This document shows positions 51,924 to 64,000 of a stretch of DNA of 64,000 nucleotides, piece by piece. Under the pieces are notes generated by a model that was given only the letters and a program-made list of their open reading frames with translations, searched no databases and was not told where the DNA came from. How positions within the stretch are numbered: the first letter of the stretch is position 1; every line of letters starts with the position of its first letter. Source of the stretch: the human T2T-CHM13v2.0 reference genome, Homo sapiens. The stretch is from NCBI RefSeq assembly GCF_009914755.1, contig NC_060934.1, one strand, 5' to 3'. Position numbers and translations under genes: made by a program.

Positions 51924-54900
51924 TCAACTCACAGAGTTTAACCTTTCTTTTCATAGAGCAGTTTGGAAACACTCTGTTTGTAAAGCCTGCAAGTGCTTTT
52001 TTGGACTTCATTGAGGCCTTCGTTGGAAACGGGATTTCTTCATATAATGCTAGACAGAAGAATTCTCAGTCACTTCTTTGTGTTGTGTGTATTCAAGTCA
52101 CAGAGTTGAACCTTCCTTTAGACAGAGCAGTTTTGAAAAATTCTTTCTGTGGAGTTTGCAAGTGGAGATTTCAAGCGATTTGAGGCTAATCTTTGAAATG
52201 GAAATATCTTCGTGTAAAAACTACACAGAATCATTCTCAGAAACTGCTTTGTCATCTGTGCGTTCAGTTCACAGAGTTTCACCTTTCTCTTCATAGAGCA
52301 GTTTGGAAAGACTCTGTCTGTAAAGTCTGCAAGTGATTAGTTAGACCCCTTTGAGGCCTTCGTTGGAAGCGGGATTTCTCATTTACTGCTAGACAGAAGA
52401 ATTCTCAGTAAATCCTTTGTGTTGTGTGTATTCAACTCACAGAGTGGAACCTTCCTTTATTCAGAGCAGTTTTGAAAAACACTTTTTGTGGAATTTGCAA
52501 GTGGAGATTTCAAGCGATTTGACGCCAATCTTAGACATGGAAATATCTTCATATTAAAAGTACACAGAGTCATTCGTAGAAACTAGTTTGTGATGTGTGC
52601 CTTCAACTCACAGAGTTTAACCTTTCTTTTCATAGAGCAGTTTGGAAACACTCTATTTGTAAAGTCTGCAAGTGGATATTTGGACCTCTTTGAGGCCTTC
52701 GTTGGAAACGGGATTTCTTCATACAACGCTAGACAGAAGAATTCTCAGTAACTTCTTTGTGTTGTGTGTATTCAACTCACAGAGTTGAACCTTTCTTTAG
52801 AGAGAGCAGAGTTGAAACACTCTGTTTTTGGAATTTGCAACTGCAGATTTCAAGCGATTCTAGGCCTATGGCAGAAAAGGAAATATCTTCGTATAAAAAC
52901 TACACAGAATCATTCTCAACAACTACTTTGTGATGTGTGCGTTCAACTCACAGAGTTTAACCTTTCTTTTCATAGAGCAGTTTGGAAACACTCTGTTTGT
53001 AAAGCCTGCAAGTGCTTTTTTGGACTTCATTGAGGCCTTCGTTGGAAACGGGATTTCTTCATATAATGCTAGACAGAAGAATTCTCAGTCACTTCTTTGT
53101 GTTGTGTGTATTCAAGTCACAGAGTTGAACCTTCCTTTAGACAGAGCAGTTTTGAAAAATTCTTTCTGTGTAATTTGCAAGTGGAGATTTCAAGCGATTT
53201 GAGGCTAATCTTTGAAATGGAAATATCTTCGTGTAAAAACTACACAGAATCATTCTCAGAAACTGCTTTGTCATCTGTGCGTTCAGTTCACAGAGTTTCA
53301 CCTTTCTCTTCATAGAGCAGTTTGGAAAGACTCTGTCTGTAAAGTCTGCAAGTGATTAGTTAGACCCCTTTGAGGCCTTCGTTGGAAGTGGGATTTCTCA
53401 TTTACTGCTAGACAGAAGAATTCTCAGTAAATCCTTTGTGTTGTGTGTATTCAACTCACAGAGTGGAACCTTCCTTTATTCAGAGCAGTTTTGAAACACT
53501 CTTTTTGTGGAATTTGCAAGTGGAGATTTCAAGCGATTTGACGCCAATCTTAGACATGGAAATATCTTCATATTAAAAGTACACAGAGTCATTCGTAGAA
53601 ACTAGTTTGTGATGTGTGCCTTCAACTCACAGAGTTTAACCTTTCTTTTCATAGAGCAGTTGGGAAACACTCTATTTGTAAAGTCTGCAAGTGGATATTT
53701 GGACCTCTTTGAGGCCTTCGTTGGAAACGGGATTTCTTCATATAACGCTAGACAGAAGAATTCTCAGTAACTTCTTTGTGTTGTGTGTATTCAACTCACC
53801 GAGTTGAACCTTTCTTTAGAGGGAGCAGAGGTGAAACACTCTTTTTGTGGAATTTGCTAGTGTAGATTTCAAACGCTTCGAAGACAGTGATAGAAAAGGA
53901 TATATCTTCGTATTAAAAGTAGACAAAATCATTCTCAGAAAACTCTTTGTGATGTGTGTGTTCAACTCACAGAGTTTAACCTTTCTTTAATCGAGCAGTT
54001 TGGAAATACACTCTTTGTAAGTCTGCAGGTGGATATTTGGCCCTCTTTGAGCCCTTCGTTGGAAACGGGATTTCCTCATATAATGCTAGACAGAAGAATT
54101 CTCAGTAACTTCTTTGTGTTGTTTGTATTCAACACACAGATTTGAACCTTCCTTTAGAGAGAGCAGATTTGAAACACTCTGTTTTTGGAATTTGCAAGTG
54201 CAGATTTCAAGCGCTTCTAGGCCTATGGCAGAAAAGGAAATATCTTCGTATAAAAACTACACAGAATCATTCTCAACAACTACTTTGTGATGTGTGCGTT
54301 CAACTCACAGAGTTTAACCTTTCTTTTCATAGAGCAGTTTGGAAACACTCTGTTTGTAAAGCCTGCAAGTGCTTTTTTGGACTTCATTGAGGCCTTCGTT
54401 GGAAACGGGATTTCTTCATATAATGCTAGACAGAAGAATTCTCAGTCACTTCTTTGTGTTGTGTGTATTCAAGTCACAGAGTTGAACCTTCCTTTAGACA
54501 GAGCAGTTTTGAAAAATTCTTTCTGTGGAGTTTGCAAGTGGAGATTTCAAGCGATTTGAGGCTAATCTTTGAAATGGAAATATCTTCGTGTAAAAACTAC
54601 ACAGAATCATTCTCAGAAACTGCTTTGTCATCTGTGCGTTCAGTTCACAGAGTTTCACCTTTCTCTTCATAGAGCAGTTTGGAAAGACTCTGTCTGTAAA
54701 GTCTGCAAGTGATTAGTTAGACCCCTTTGAGGCCTTCGTTGGAAGCGGGATTTCTCATTTACTGCTAGACAGAAGAATTCTCAGTAAATCCTTTGTGTTG
54801 TGTGTATTCAACTCACAGAGTGGAACCTTCCTTTATTCAGAGCAGTTTTGAAAAACACTTTTTGTGGAATTTGCAAGTGGAGATTTCAAGCGATTTGACG

Positions 54901-57900
54901 CCAATCTTAGACATGGAAATATCTTCATATTAAAAGTACACAGAGTCATTCGTAGAAACTAGTTTGTGATGTGTGCCTTCAACTCACAGAGTTTAACCTT
55001 TCTTTTCATAGAGCAGTTTGGAAACACTCTATTTGTAAAGTCTGCAAGTGGATATTTGGACCTCTTTGAGGCCTTCGTTGGAAACGGGATTTCTTCATAC
55101 AACGCTAGACAGAAGAATTCTCAGTAACTTCTTTGTGTTGTGTGTATTCAACTCACAGAGTTGAACCTTTCTTTAGAGAGAGCAGAGTTGAAACACTCTG
55201 TTTTTGGAATTTGCAACTGCAGATTTCAAGCGATTCTAGGCCTATGGCAGAAAAGGAAATATCTTCGTATAAAAACTACACAGAATCATTCTCAACAACT
55301 ACTTTGTGATGTGTGCGTTCAACTCACAGAGTTTAACCTTTCTTTTCATAGAGCAGTTTGGAAACACTCTGTTTGTAAAGCCTGCAAGTGCTTTTTTGGA
55401 CTTCATTGAGGCCTTCGTTGGAAACGGGATTTCTTCATATAATGCTAGACAGAAGAATTCTCAGTCACTTCTTTGTGTTGTGTGTATTCAAGTCACAGAG
55501 TTGAACCTTCCTTTAGACAGAGCAGTTTTGAAAAATTCTTTCTGTGTAATTTGCAAGTGGAGATTTCAAGCGATTTGAGGCTAATCTTTGAAATGGAAAT
55601 ATCTTCGTGTAAAAACTACACAGAATCATTCTCAGAAACTGCTTTGTCATCTGTGCGTTCAGTTCACAGAGTTTCACCTTTCTCTTCATAGAGCAGTTTG
55701 GAAAGACTCTGTCTGTAAAGTCTGCAAGTGATTAGTTAGACCCCTTTGAGGCCTTCGTTGGAAGTGGGATTTCTCATTTACTGCTAGACAGAAGAATTCT
55801 CAGTAAATCCTTTGTGTTGTGTGTATTCAACTCACAGAGTGGAACCTTCCTTTATTCAGAGCAGTTTTGAAACACTCTTTTTGTGGAATTTGCAAGTGGA
55901 GATTTCAAGCGATTTGACGCCAATCTTAGACATGGAAATATCTTCATATTAAAAGTACACAGAGTCATTCGTAGAAACTAGTTTGTGATGTGTGCCTTCA
56001 ACTCACAGAGTTTAACCTTTCTTTTCATAGAGCAGTTGGGAAACACTCTATTTGTAAAGTCTGCAAGTGGATATTTGGACCTCTTTGAGGCCTTCGTTGG
56101 AAACGGGATTTCTTCATATAACGCTAGACAGAAGAATTCTCAGTAACTTCTTTGTGTTGTGTGTATTCAACTCACCGAGTTGAACCTTTCTTTAGAGGGA
56201 GCAGAGGTGAAACACTCTTTTTGTGGAATTTGCTAGTGTAGATTTCAAACGCTTCGAAGACAGTGATAGAAAAGGATATATCTTCGTATTAAAAGTAGAC
56301 AAAATCATTCTCAGAAAACTCTTTGTGATGTGTGTGTTCAACTCACAGAGTTTAACCTTTCTTTAATCGAGCAGTTTGGAAATACACTCTTTGTAAGTCT
56401 GCAGGTGGATATTTGGCCCTCTTTGAGCCCTTCGTTGGAAACGGGATTTCCTCATATAATGCTAGACAGAAGAATTCTCAGTAACTTCTTTGTGTTGTTT
56501 GTATTCAACACACAGATTTGAACCTTCCTTTAGAGAGAGCAGATTTGAAACACTCTGTTTTTGGAATTTGCAAGTGCAGATTTCAAGCGCTTCTAGGCCT
56601 ATGGCAGAAAAGGAAATATCTTCGTATAAAAACTACACAGAATCATTCTCAACAACTACTTTGTGATGTGTGCGTTCAACTCACAGAGTTTAACCTTTCT
56701 TTTCATAGAGCAGTTTGGAAACACTCTGTTTGTAAAGCCTGCAAGTGCTTTTTTGGACTTCATTGAGGCCTTCGTTGGAAACGGGATTTCTTCATATAAT
56801 GCTAGACAGAAGAATTCTCAGTCACTTCTTTGTGTTGTGTGTATTCAAGTCACAGAGTTGAACCTTCCTTTAGACAGAGCAGTTTTGAAAAATTCTTTCT
56901 GTGGAGTTTGCAAGTGGAGATTTCAAGCGATTTGAGGCTAATCTTTGAAATGGAAATATCTTCGTGTAAAAACTACACAGAATCATTCTCAGAAACTGCT
57001 TTGTCATCTGTGCGTTCAGTTCACAGAGTTTCACCTTTCTCTTCATAGAGCAGTTTGGAAAGACTCTGTCTGTAAAGTCTGCAAGTGATTAGTTAGACCC
57101 CTTTGAGGCCTTCGTTGGAAGCGGGATTTCTCATTTACTGCTAGACAGAAGAATTCTCAGTAAATCCTTTGTGTTGTGTGTATTCAACTCACAGAGTGGA
57201 ACCTTCCTTTATTCAGAGCAGTTTTGAAAAACACTTTTTGTGGAATTTGCAAGTGGAGATTTCAAGCGATTTGACGCCAATCTTAGACATGGAAATATCT
57301 TCATATTAAAAGTACACAGAGTCATTCGTAGAAACTAGTTTGTGATGTGTGCCTTCAACTCACAGAGTTTAACCTTTCTTTTCATAGAGCAGTTTGGAAA
57401 CACTCTATTTGTAAAGTCTGCAAGTGGATATTTGGACCTCTTTGAGGCCTTCGTTGGAAACGGGATTTCTTCATACAACGCTAGACAGAAGAATTCTCAG
57501 TAACTTCTTTGTGTTGTGTGTATTCAACTCACAGAGTTGAACCTTTCTTTAGAGAGAGCAGAGTTGAAACACTCTGTTTTTGGAATTTGCAACTGCAGAT
57601 TTCAAGCGATTCTAGGCCTATGGCAGAAAAGGAAATATCTTCGTATAAAAACTACACAGAATCATTCTCAACAACTACTTTGTGATGTGTGCGTTCAACT
57701 CACAGAGTTTAACCTTTCTTTTCATAGAGCAGTTTGGAAACACTCTGTTTGTAAAGCCTGCAAGTGCTTTTTTGGACTTCATTGAGGCCTTCGTTGGAAA
57801 CGGGATTTCTTCATATAATGCTAGACAGAAGAATTCTCAGTCACTTCTTTGTGTTGTGTGTATTCAAGTCACAGAGTTGAACCTTCCTTTAGACAGAGCA

Positions 57901-60900
57901 GTTTTGAAAAATTCTTTCTGTGTAATTTGCAAGTGGAGATTTCAAGCGATTTGAGGCTAATCTTTGAAATGGAAATATCTTCGTGTAAAAACTACACAGA
58001 ATCATTCTCAGAAACTGCTTTGTCATCTGTGCGTTCAGTTCACAGAGTTTCACCTTTCTCTTCATAGAGCAGTTTGGAAAGACTCTGTCTGTAAAGTCTG
58101 CAAGTGATTAGTTAGACCCCTTTGAGGCCTTCGTTGGAAGTGGGATTTCTCATTTACTGCTAGACAGAAGAATTCTCAGTAAATCCTTTGTGTTGTGTGT
58201 ATTCAACTCACAGAGTGGAACCTTCCTTTATTCAGAGCAGTTTTGAAACACTCTTTTTGTGGAATTTGCAAGTGGAGATTTCAAGCGATTTGACGCCAAT
58301 CTTAGACATGGAAATATCTTCATATTAAAAGTACACAGAGTCATTCGTAGAAACTAGTTTGTGATGTGTGCCTTCAACTCACAGAGTTTAACCTTTCTTT
58401 TCATAGAGCAGTTGGGAAACACTCTATTTGTAAAGTCTGCAAGTGGATATTTGGACCTCTTTGAGGCCTTCGTTGGAAACGGGATTTCTTCATATAACGC
58501 TAGACAGAAGAATTCTCAGTAACTTCTTTGTGTTGTGTGTATTCAACTCACCGAGTTGAACCTTTCTTTAGAGGGAGCAGAGGTGAAACACTCTTTTTGT
58601 GGAATTTGCTAGTGTAGATTTCAAACGCTTCGAAGACAGTGATAGAAAAGGATATATCTTCGTATTAAAAGTAGACAAAATCATTCTCAGAAAACTCTTT
58701 GTGATGTGTGTGTTCAACTCACAGAGTTTAACCTTTCTTTAATCGAGCAGTTTGGAAATACACTCTTTGTAAGTCTGCAGGTGGATATTTGGCCCTCTTT
58801 GAGCCCTTCGTTGGAAACGGGATTTCCTCATATAATGCTAGACAGAAGAATTCTCAGTAACTTCTTTGTGTTGTTTGTATTCAACACACAGATTTGAACC
58901 TTCCTTTAGAGAGAGCAGATTTGAAACACTCTGTTTTTGGAATTTGCAAGTGCAGATTTCAAGCGCTTCTAGGCCTATGGCAGAAAAGGAAATATCTTCG
59001 TATAAAAACTACACAGAATCATTCTCAACAACTACTTTGTGATGTGTGCGTTCAACTCACAGAGTTTAACCTTTCTTTTCATAGAGCAGTTTGGAAACAC
59101 TCTGTTTGTAAAGCCTGCAAGTGCTTTTTTGGACTTCATTGAGGCCTTCGTTGGAAACGGGATTTCTTCATATAATGCTAGACAGAAGAATTCTCAGTCA
59201 CTTCTTTGTGTTGTGTGTATTCAAGTCACAGAGTTGAACCTTCCTTTAGACAGAGCAGTTTTGAAAAATTCTTTCTGTGGAGTTTGCAAGTGGAGATTTC
59301 AAGCGATTTGAGGCTAATCTTTGAAATGGAAATATCTTCGTGTAAAAACTACACAGAATCATTCTCAGAAACTGCTTTGTCATCTGTGCGTTCAGTTCAC
59401 AGAGTTTCACCTTTCTCTTCATAGAGCAGTTTGGAAAGACTCTGTCTGTAAAGTCTGCAAGTGATTAGTTAGACCCCTTTGAGGCCTTCGTTGGAAGCGG
59501 GATTTCTCATTTACTGCTAGACAGAAGAATTCTCAGTAAATCCTTTGTGTTGTGTGTATTCAACTCACAGAGTGGAACCTTCCTTTATTCAGAGCAGTTT
59601 TGAAAAACACTTTTTGTGGAATTTGCAAGTGGAGATTTCAAGCGATTTGACGCCAATCTTAGACATGGAAATATCTTCATATTAAAAGTACACAGAGTCA
59701 TTCGTAGAAACTAGTTTGTGATGTGTGCCTTCAACTCACAGAGTTTAACCTTTCTTTTCATAGAGCAGTTTGGAAACACTCTATTTGTAAAGTCTGCAAG
59801 TGGATATTTGGACCTCTTTGAGGCCTTCGTTGGAAACGGGATTTCTTCATACAACGCTAGACAGAAGAATTCTCAGTAACTTCTTTGTGTTGTGTGTATT
59901 CAACTCACAGAGTTGAACCTTTCTTTAGAGAGAGCAGAGTTGAAACACTCTGTTTTTGGAATTTGCAACTGCAGATTTCAAGCGATTCTAGGCCTATGGC
60001 AGAAAAGGAAATATCTTCGTATAAAAACTACACAGAATCATTCTCAACAACTACTTTGTGATGTGTGCGTTCAACTCACAGAGTTTAACCTTTCTTTTCA
60101 TAGAGCAGTTTGGAAACACTCTGTTTGTAAAGCCTGCAAGTGCTTTTTTGGACTTCATTGAGGCCTTCGTTGGAAACGGGATTTCTTCATATAATGCTAG
60201 ACAGAAGAATTCTCAGTCACTTCTTTGTGTTGTGTGTATTCAAGTCACAGAGTTGAACCTTCCTTTAGACAGAGCAGTTTTGAAAAATTCTTTCTGTGTA
60301 ATTTGCAAGTGGAGATTTCAAGCGATTTGAGGCTAATCTTTGAAATGGAAATATCTTCGTGTAAAAACTACACAGAATCATTCTCAGAAACTGCTTTGTC
60401 ATCTGTGCGTTCAGTTCACAGAGTTTCACCTTTCTCTTCATAGAGCAGTTTGGAAAGACTCTGTCTGTAAAGTCTGCAAGTGATTAGTTAGACCCCTTTG
60501 AGGCCTTCGTTGGAAGTGGGATTTCTCATTTACTGCTAGACAGAAGAATTCTCAGTAAATCCTTTGTGTTGTGTGTATTCAACTCACAGAGTGGAACCTT
60601 CCTTTATTCAGAGCAGTTTTGAAACACTCTTTTTGTGGAATTTGCAAGTGGAGATTTCAAGCGATTTGACGCCAATCTTAGACATGGAAATATCTTCATA
60701 TTAAAAGTACACAGAGTCATTCGTAGAAACTAGTTTGTGATGTGTGCCTTCAACTCACAGAGTTTAACCTTTCTTTTCATAGAGCAGTTGGGAAACACTC
60801 TATTTGTAAAGTCTGCAAGTGGATATTTGGACCTCTTTGAGGCCTTCGTTGGAAACGGGATTTCTTCATATAACGCTAGACAGAAGAATTCTCAGTAACT

Positions 60901-61427
60901 TCTTTGTGTTGTGTGTATTCAACTCACCGAGTTGAACCTTTCTTTAGAGGGAGCAGAGGTGAAACACTCTTTTTGTGGAATTTGCTAGTGTAGATTTCAA
61001 ACGCTTCGAAGACAGTGATAGAAAAGGATATATCTTCGTATTAAAAGTAGACAAAATCATTCTCAGAAAACTCTTTGTGATGTGTGTGTTCAACTCACAG
61101 AGTTTAACCTTTCTTTAATCGAGCAGTTTGGAAATACACTCTTTGTAAGTCTGCAGGTGGATATTTGGCCCTCTTTGAGCCCTTCGTTGGAAACGGGATT
61201 TCCTCATATAATGCTAGACAGAAGAATTCTCAGTAACTTCTTTGTGTTGTTTGTATTCAACACACAGATTTGAACCTTCCTTTAGAGAGAGCAGATTTGA
61301 AACACTCTGTTTTTGGAATTTGCAAGTGCAGATTTCAAGCGCTTCTAGGCCTATGGCAGAAAAGGAAATATCTTCGTATAAAAACTACACAGAATCATTC
61401 TCAACAACTACTTTGTGATGTGTGCGT
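51924..61427 (+). repeat. (6-8)x4 block, 2376-bp period, apparently identical copies
   Basis: 6-mer ORF starts at 52764, 55140, 57516 and 59892. All four 8-mers share a private ctcacCgag allele. Confidence 0.95.
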
Positions 61428-64000
61428 TCAACTCACAGAGTTTAACCTTTCTTTTCATAGAGCAGTTTGGAAACACTCTGTTTGTAAAGCCTGCAAGTGC
61501 TTTTTTGGACTTCATTGAGGCCTTCGTTGGAAACGGGATTTCTTCATATAATGCTAGACAGAAGAATTCTCAGTCACTTCTTTGTGTTGTGTGTATTCAA
61601 GTCACAGAGTTGAACCTTCCTTTAGACAGAGCAGTTTTGAAAAATTCTTTCTGTGGAGTTTGCAAGTGGAGATTTCAAGCGATTTGAGGCTAATCTTTGA
61701 AATGGAAATATCTTCGTGTAAAAACTACACAGAATCATTCTCAGAAACTGCTTTGTCATCTGTGCGTTCAGTTCACAGAGTTTCACCTTTCTCTTCATAG
61801 AGCAGTTTGGAAAGACTCTGTCTGTAAAGTCTGCAAGTGATTAGTTAGACCCCTTTGAGGCCTTCGTTGGAAGCGGGATTTCTCATTTACTGCTAGACAG
61901 AAGAATTCTCAGTAAATCCTTTGTGTTGTGTGTATTCAACTCACAGAGTGGAACCTTCCTTTATTCAGAGCAGTTTTGAAAAACACTTTTTGTGGAATTT
62001 GCAAGTGGAGATTTCAAGCGATTTGATGCCAATCTTAGACATGGAAATGTCTTCATATTAAAAGTACACAGAGTCATTCGTAGAAACTAGTTTGTGATGT
62101 GTGCCTTCAACTCACAGAGTTTAACCTTTCTTTTCATAGAGCAGTTGGGAAACACTCTATTTGTAAAGTCTGCAAGTGGATATTTGGACCTCTTTGAGGC
62201 CTTCGTTGGAAACGGGATTTCTTCATATAACGCTAGACAGAAGAATTCTCAGTAACTTCTTTGTGTTGTGTGTATTCAACTCACAGAGTTGAACCTTTCT
62301 TTAGAGGGAGCAGAGGTGAAACACTCTTTTTGTGGAATTTGCTAGTGTAGATTTCAAACGCTTCGAAGACAGTGATAGAAAAGGATATATCTTCGTATTA
62401 AAAGTAGACAAAATCATTCTCAGAAAACTCTTTGTGATGTGTGTGTTCAACTCACAGAGTTTAACCTTTCTTTAATCGAGCAGTTTGGAAATACACTCTT
62501 TGTAAGTCTGCAGGTGGATATTTGGCCCTCTTTGAGCCCTTCGTTGGAAACGGGATTTCCTCATATAATGCTAGACAGAAGAATTCTCAGTAACTTCTTT
62601 GTGTTGTTTGTATTCAACACACAGATTTGAACCTTCCTTTAGAGAGAGCAGATTTGAAACACTCTGTTTTTGGAATTTGCAAGTGCAGATTTCAAGCGCT
62701 TCTAGGCCTATGGCAGAAAAGGAAATATCTTCGTATAAAAACTACACAGAATCATTCTCAACAACTACTTTGTGATGTGTGCGTTCAACTCACAGAGTTT
62801 AACCTTTCTTTTCATAGAGCAGTTTGGAAACACTCTGTTTGTAAAGCCTGCAAGTGCTTTTTTGGACTTCATTGAGGCCTTCGTTGGAAACGGGATTTCT
62901 TCATATAATGCTAGACAGAAGAATTCTCAGTCACTTCTTTGTGTTGTGTGTATTCAAGTCACAGAGTTGAACCTTCCTTTAGACAGAGCAGTTTTGAAAA
63001 ATTCTTTCTGTGGAGTTTGCAAGTGGAGATTTCAAGCAATTTGAGGCTAATCTTTGAAATGGAAATATCTTCGTGTAAAAACTACACAGAATCATTCTCA
63101 GAAACTGCTTTGTCATCTGTGCGTTCAGTTCACAGAGTTTCACCTTTCTCTTCATAGAGCAGTTTGGAAAGACTCTGTCTGTAAAGTCTGCAAGTGATTA
63201 GTTAGACCCCTTTGAGGCCTTCGTTGGAAGCGGGATTTCTCATTTACTGCTAGACAGAAGAATTCTCAGTAAATCCTTTGTGTTGTGTGTATTCAACTCA
63301 CAGAGTGGAACCTTCCTTTATTCAGAGCAGTTTTGTAAAACACTTTTTGTGGAATTTGCAAGTGGAGATTTCAAGCGATTTGACGCCAATCTTAGACATG
63401 GAAATATCTTCATATTAAAAGTACACAGAGTCATTCGTAGAAACTAGTTTGTGATGTGTGCCTTCAACTCACAGAGTTTAACCTTTCTTTTCATAGAGCA
63501 GTTTGGAAACACTCTATTTGTAAAGTCTGCAAGTGGATATTTGGACCTCTTTGAGGCCTTCGTTGGAAACGGGATTTCTTCATACAACGCTAGACAGAAG
63601 AATTCTCAGTAACTTCTTTGTGTTGTGTGTATTCAACTCACAGAGTTGAACCTTTCTTTAGAGAGAGCAGAGTTGAAACACTCTGTTTTTGGAATTTGCA
63701 ACTGCAGATTTCAAGCGATTCTAGGCCTATGGCAGAAAAGGAAATATCTTCGTATAAAAACTACACAGAATCATTCTCAACAACTACTTTGTGATGTGTG
63801 CGTTCAACTCACAGAGTTTAACCTTTCTTTTCATAGAGCAGTTTGGAAACACTCTGTTTGTAAAGCCTGCAAGTGCTTTTTTGGACTTCATTGAGGCCTT
63901 CGTTGGAAACGGGATTTCTTCATATAATGCTAGACAGAAGAATTCTCAGTCACTTCTTTGTGTTGTGTGTATTCAAGTCACAGAGTTGAACCTTCCTTTA

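Larger units (their letters stand above)
1..64000 (+). repeat. Centromeric alpha-satellite HOR array, dimeric suprachromosomal family 1 type; continues past both window edges
   Basis: Tandem ~170-bp monomers carry alphoid hallmarks (cattctcagaaact..tttgtgatgtgtg..ttcaactcacagagtt.aacctt). CENP-B boxes and EcoRI GAATTC sites (first at 137-142) recur every 338-340 bp. Near-identical ORF translations recur at 1019/1357-bp spacing across the window. Confidence 0.99.
1..64000 (+). repeat. Probable human chromosome 10 active array D10Z1 (S1C10H1L)
   Basis: SF1 dimer structure with coexisting 8-mer (1357 bp) and 6-mer (1019 bp) HORs, one RsaI GTAC per unit (637-640) and a PstI CTGCAG in the 8-mer-only dimer (2100-2105). 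This matches my recollection of D10Z1 having ~1.35-kb and ~1.0-kb RsaI HORs. D12Z3, also an SF1 8-mer, is the main alternative. Not confirmed by alignment. Confidence 0.75.

Noticed and set aside
78-63894. About 150 short + strand ORFs (60-90 aa) in five recurring families, some Cys-rich
   Set aside because: They overlap in different frames, start at TTG/GTG, recur exactly with the HOR period and are translations of alphoid monomers. Cys richness comes from TGTG runs; there is no recognisable domain.
95-63914. CRISPR-like regularly spaced conserved motif (CENP-B box plus GCTAGACAGAAGAATTCTCAGT)
   Set aside because: The intervening ~300 bp are themselves homologous repeats, not unique spacers, and there are no cas genes or leader.
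1-64000. Embedded transposon (L1/Alu), inversion or non-satellite island
   Set aside because: Unit lengths sum exactly to the window, all monomers and ORFs are on one strand, and there is no poly-A tail, target-site duplication or foreign sequence.
1-64000. Reading the 6/8 order as an aperiodic code or quasi-periodic word
   Set aside because: The order resolves into locally periodic blocks tagged by shared SNVs, which tandem duplication and unequal exchange explain.
1-64000. Calling this window the kinetochore (CENP-A/centromere dip) site
   Set aside because: High homogeneity and dense CENP-B boxes indicate an active-type array, but kinetochore position is epigenetic and cannot be read from sequence.
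1-64000. Synthetic GRCh38-style centromere model sequence
   Set aside because: Variants stay phased over multi-kb periods (2376, 3733, 7804 bp), which a monomer-level Markov model would not be expected to produce. A long-read assembly is more likely, though copy numbers still need read validation.

Overview
The whole 64 kb is one uninterrupted, single-orientation primate alpha-satellite higher-order-repeat (HOR) array, almost certainly human. I see no genes, RNA genes, transposons, inversions or unique sequence. Monomers of ~170 bp form ~340-bp A/B dimers, with a CENP-B box and an EcoRI site in every second monomer (suprachromosomal family 1 layout). Two HOR forms are interleaved: an 8-mer (1357 bp, 32 copies) and a 6-mer (1019 bp, 20 copies) that lacks one 338-bp dimer and has a hybrid junction monomer. 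The 8-mer/6-mer pair with one RsaI site per unit best fits the chromosome 10 active array D10Z1; this is from recall and not verified by alignment. Taking unit boundaries in phase with position 1, the unit order is 6 8 6 6 8 6 8 6 8 6 8 8 6 8 8 8 8 8 (6 8 8)x8 (6 8)x4 8 6 plus a partial unit. All listed ORFs are satellite artefacts, and I found no new protein-coding system. The signal of interest is the architecture: nested super-HORs (2376 bp, 3733 bp, possibly 11,199 bp), position-specific 8-mer subtypes, and a CpG transition predicted to inactivate a CENP-B box, which has been amplified with the super-HOR. There are also traces of block duplication and gene conversion.
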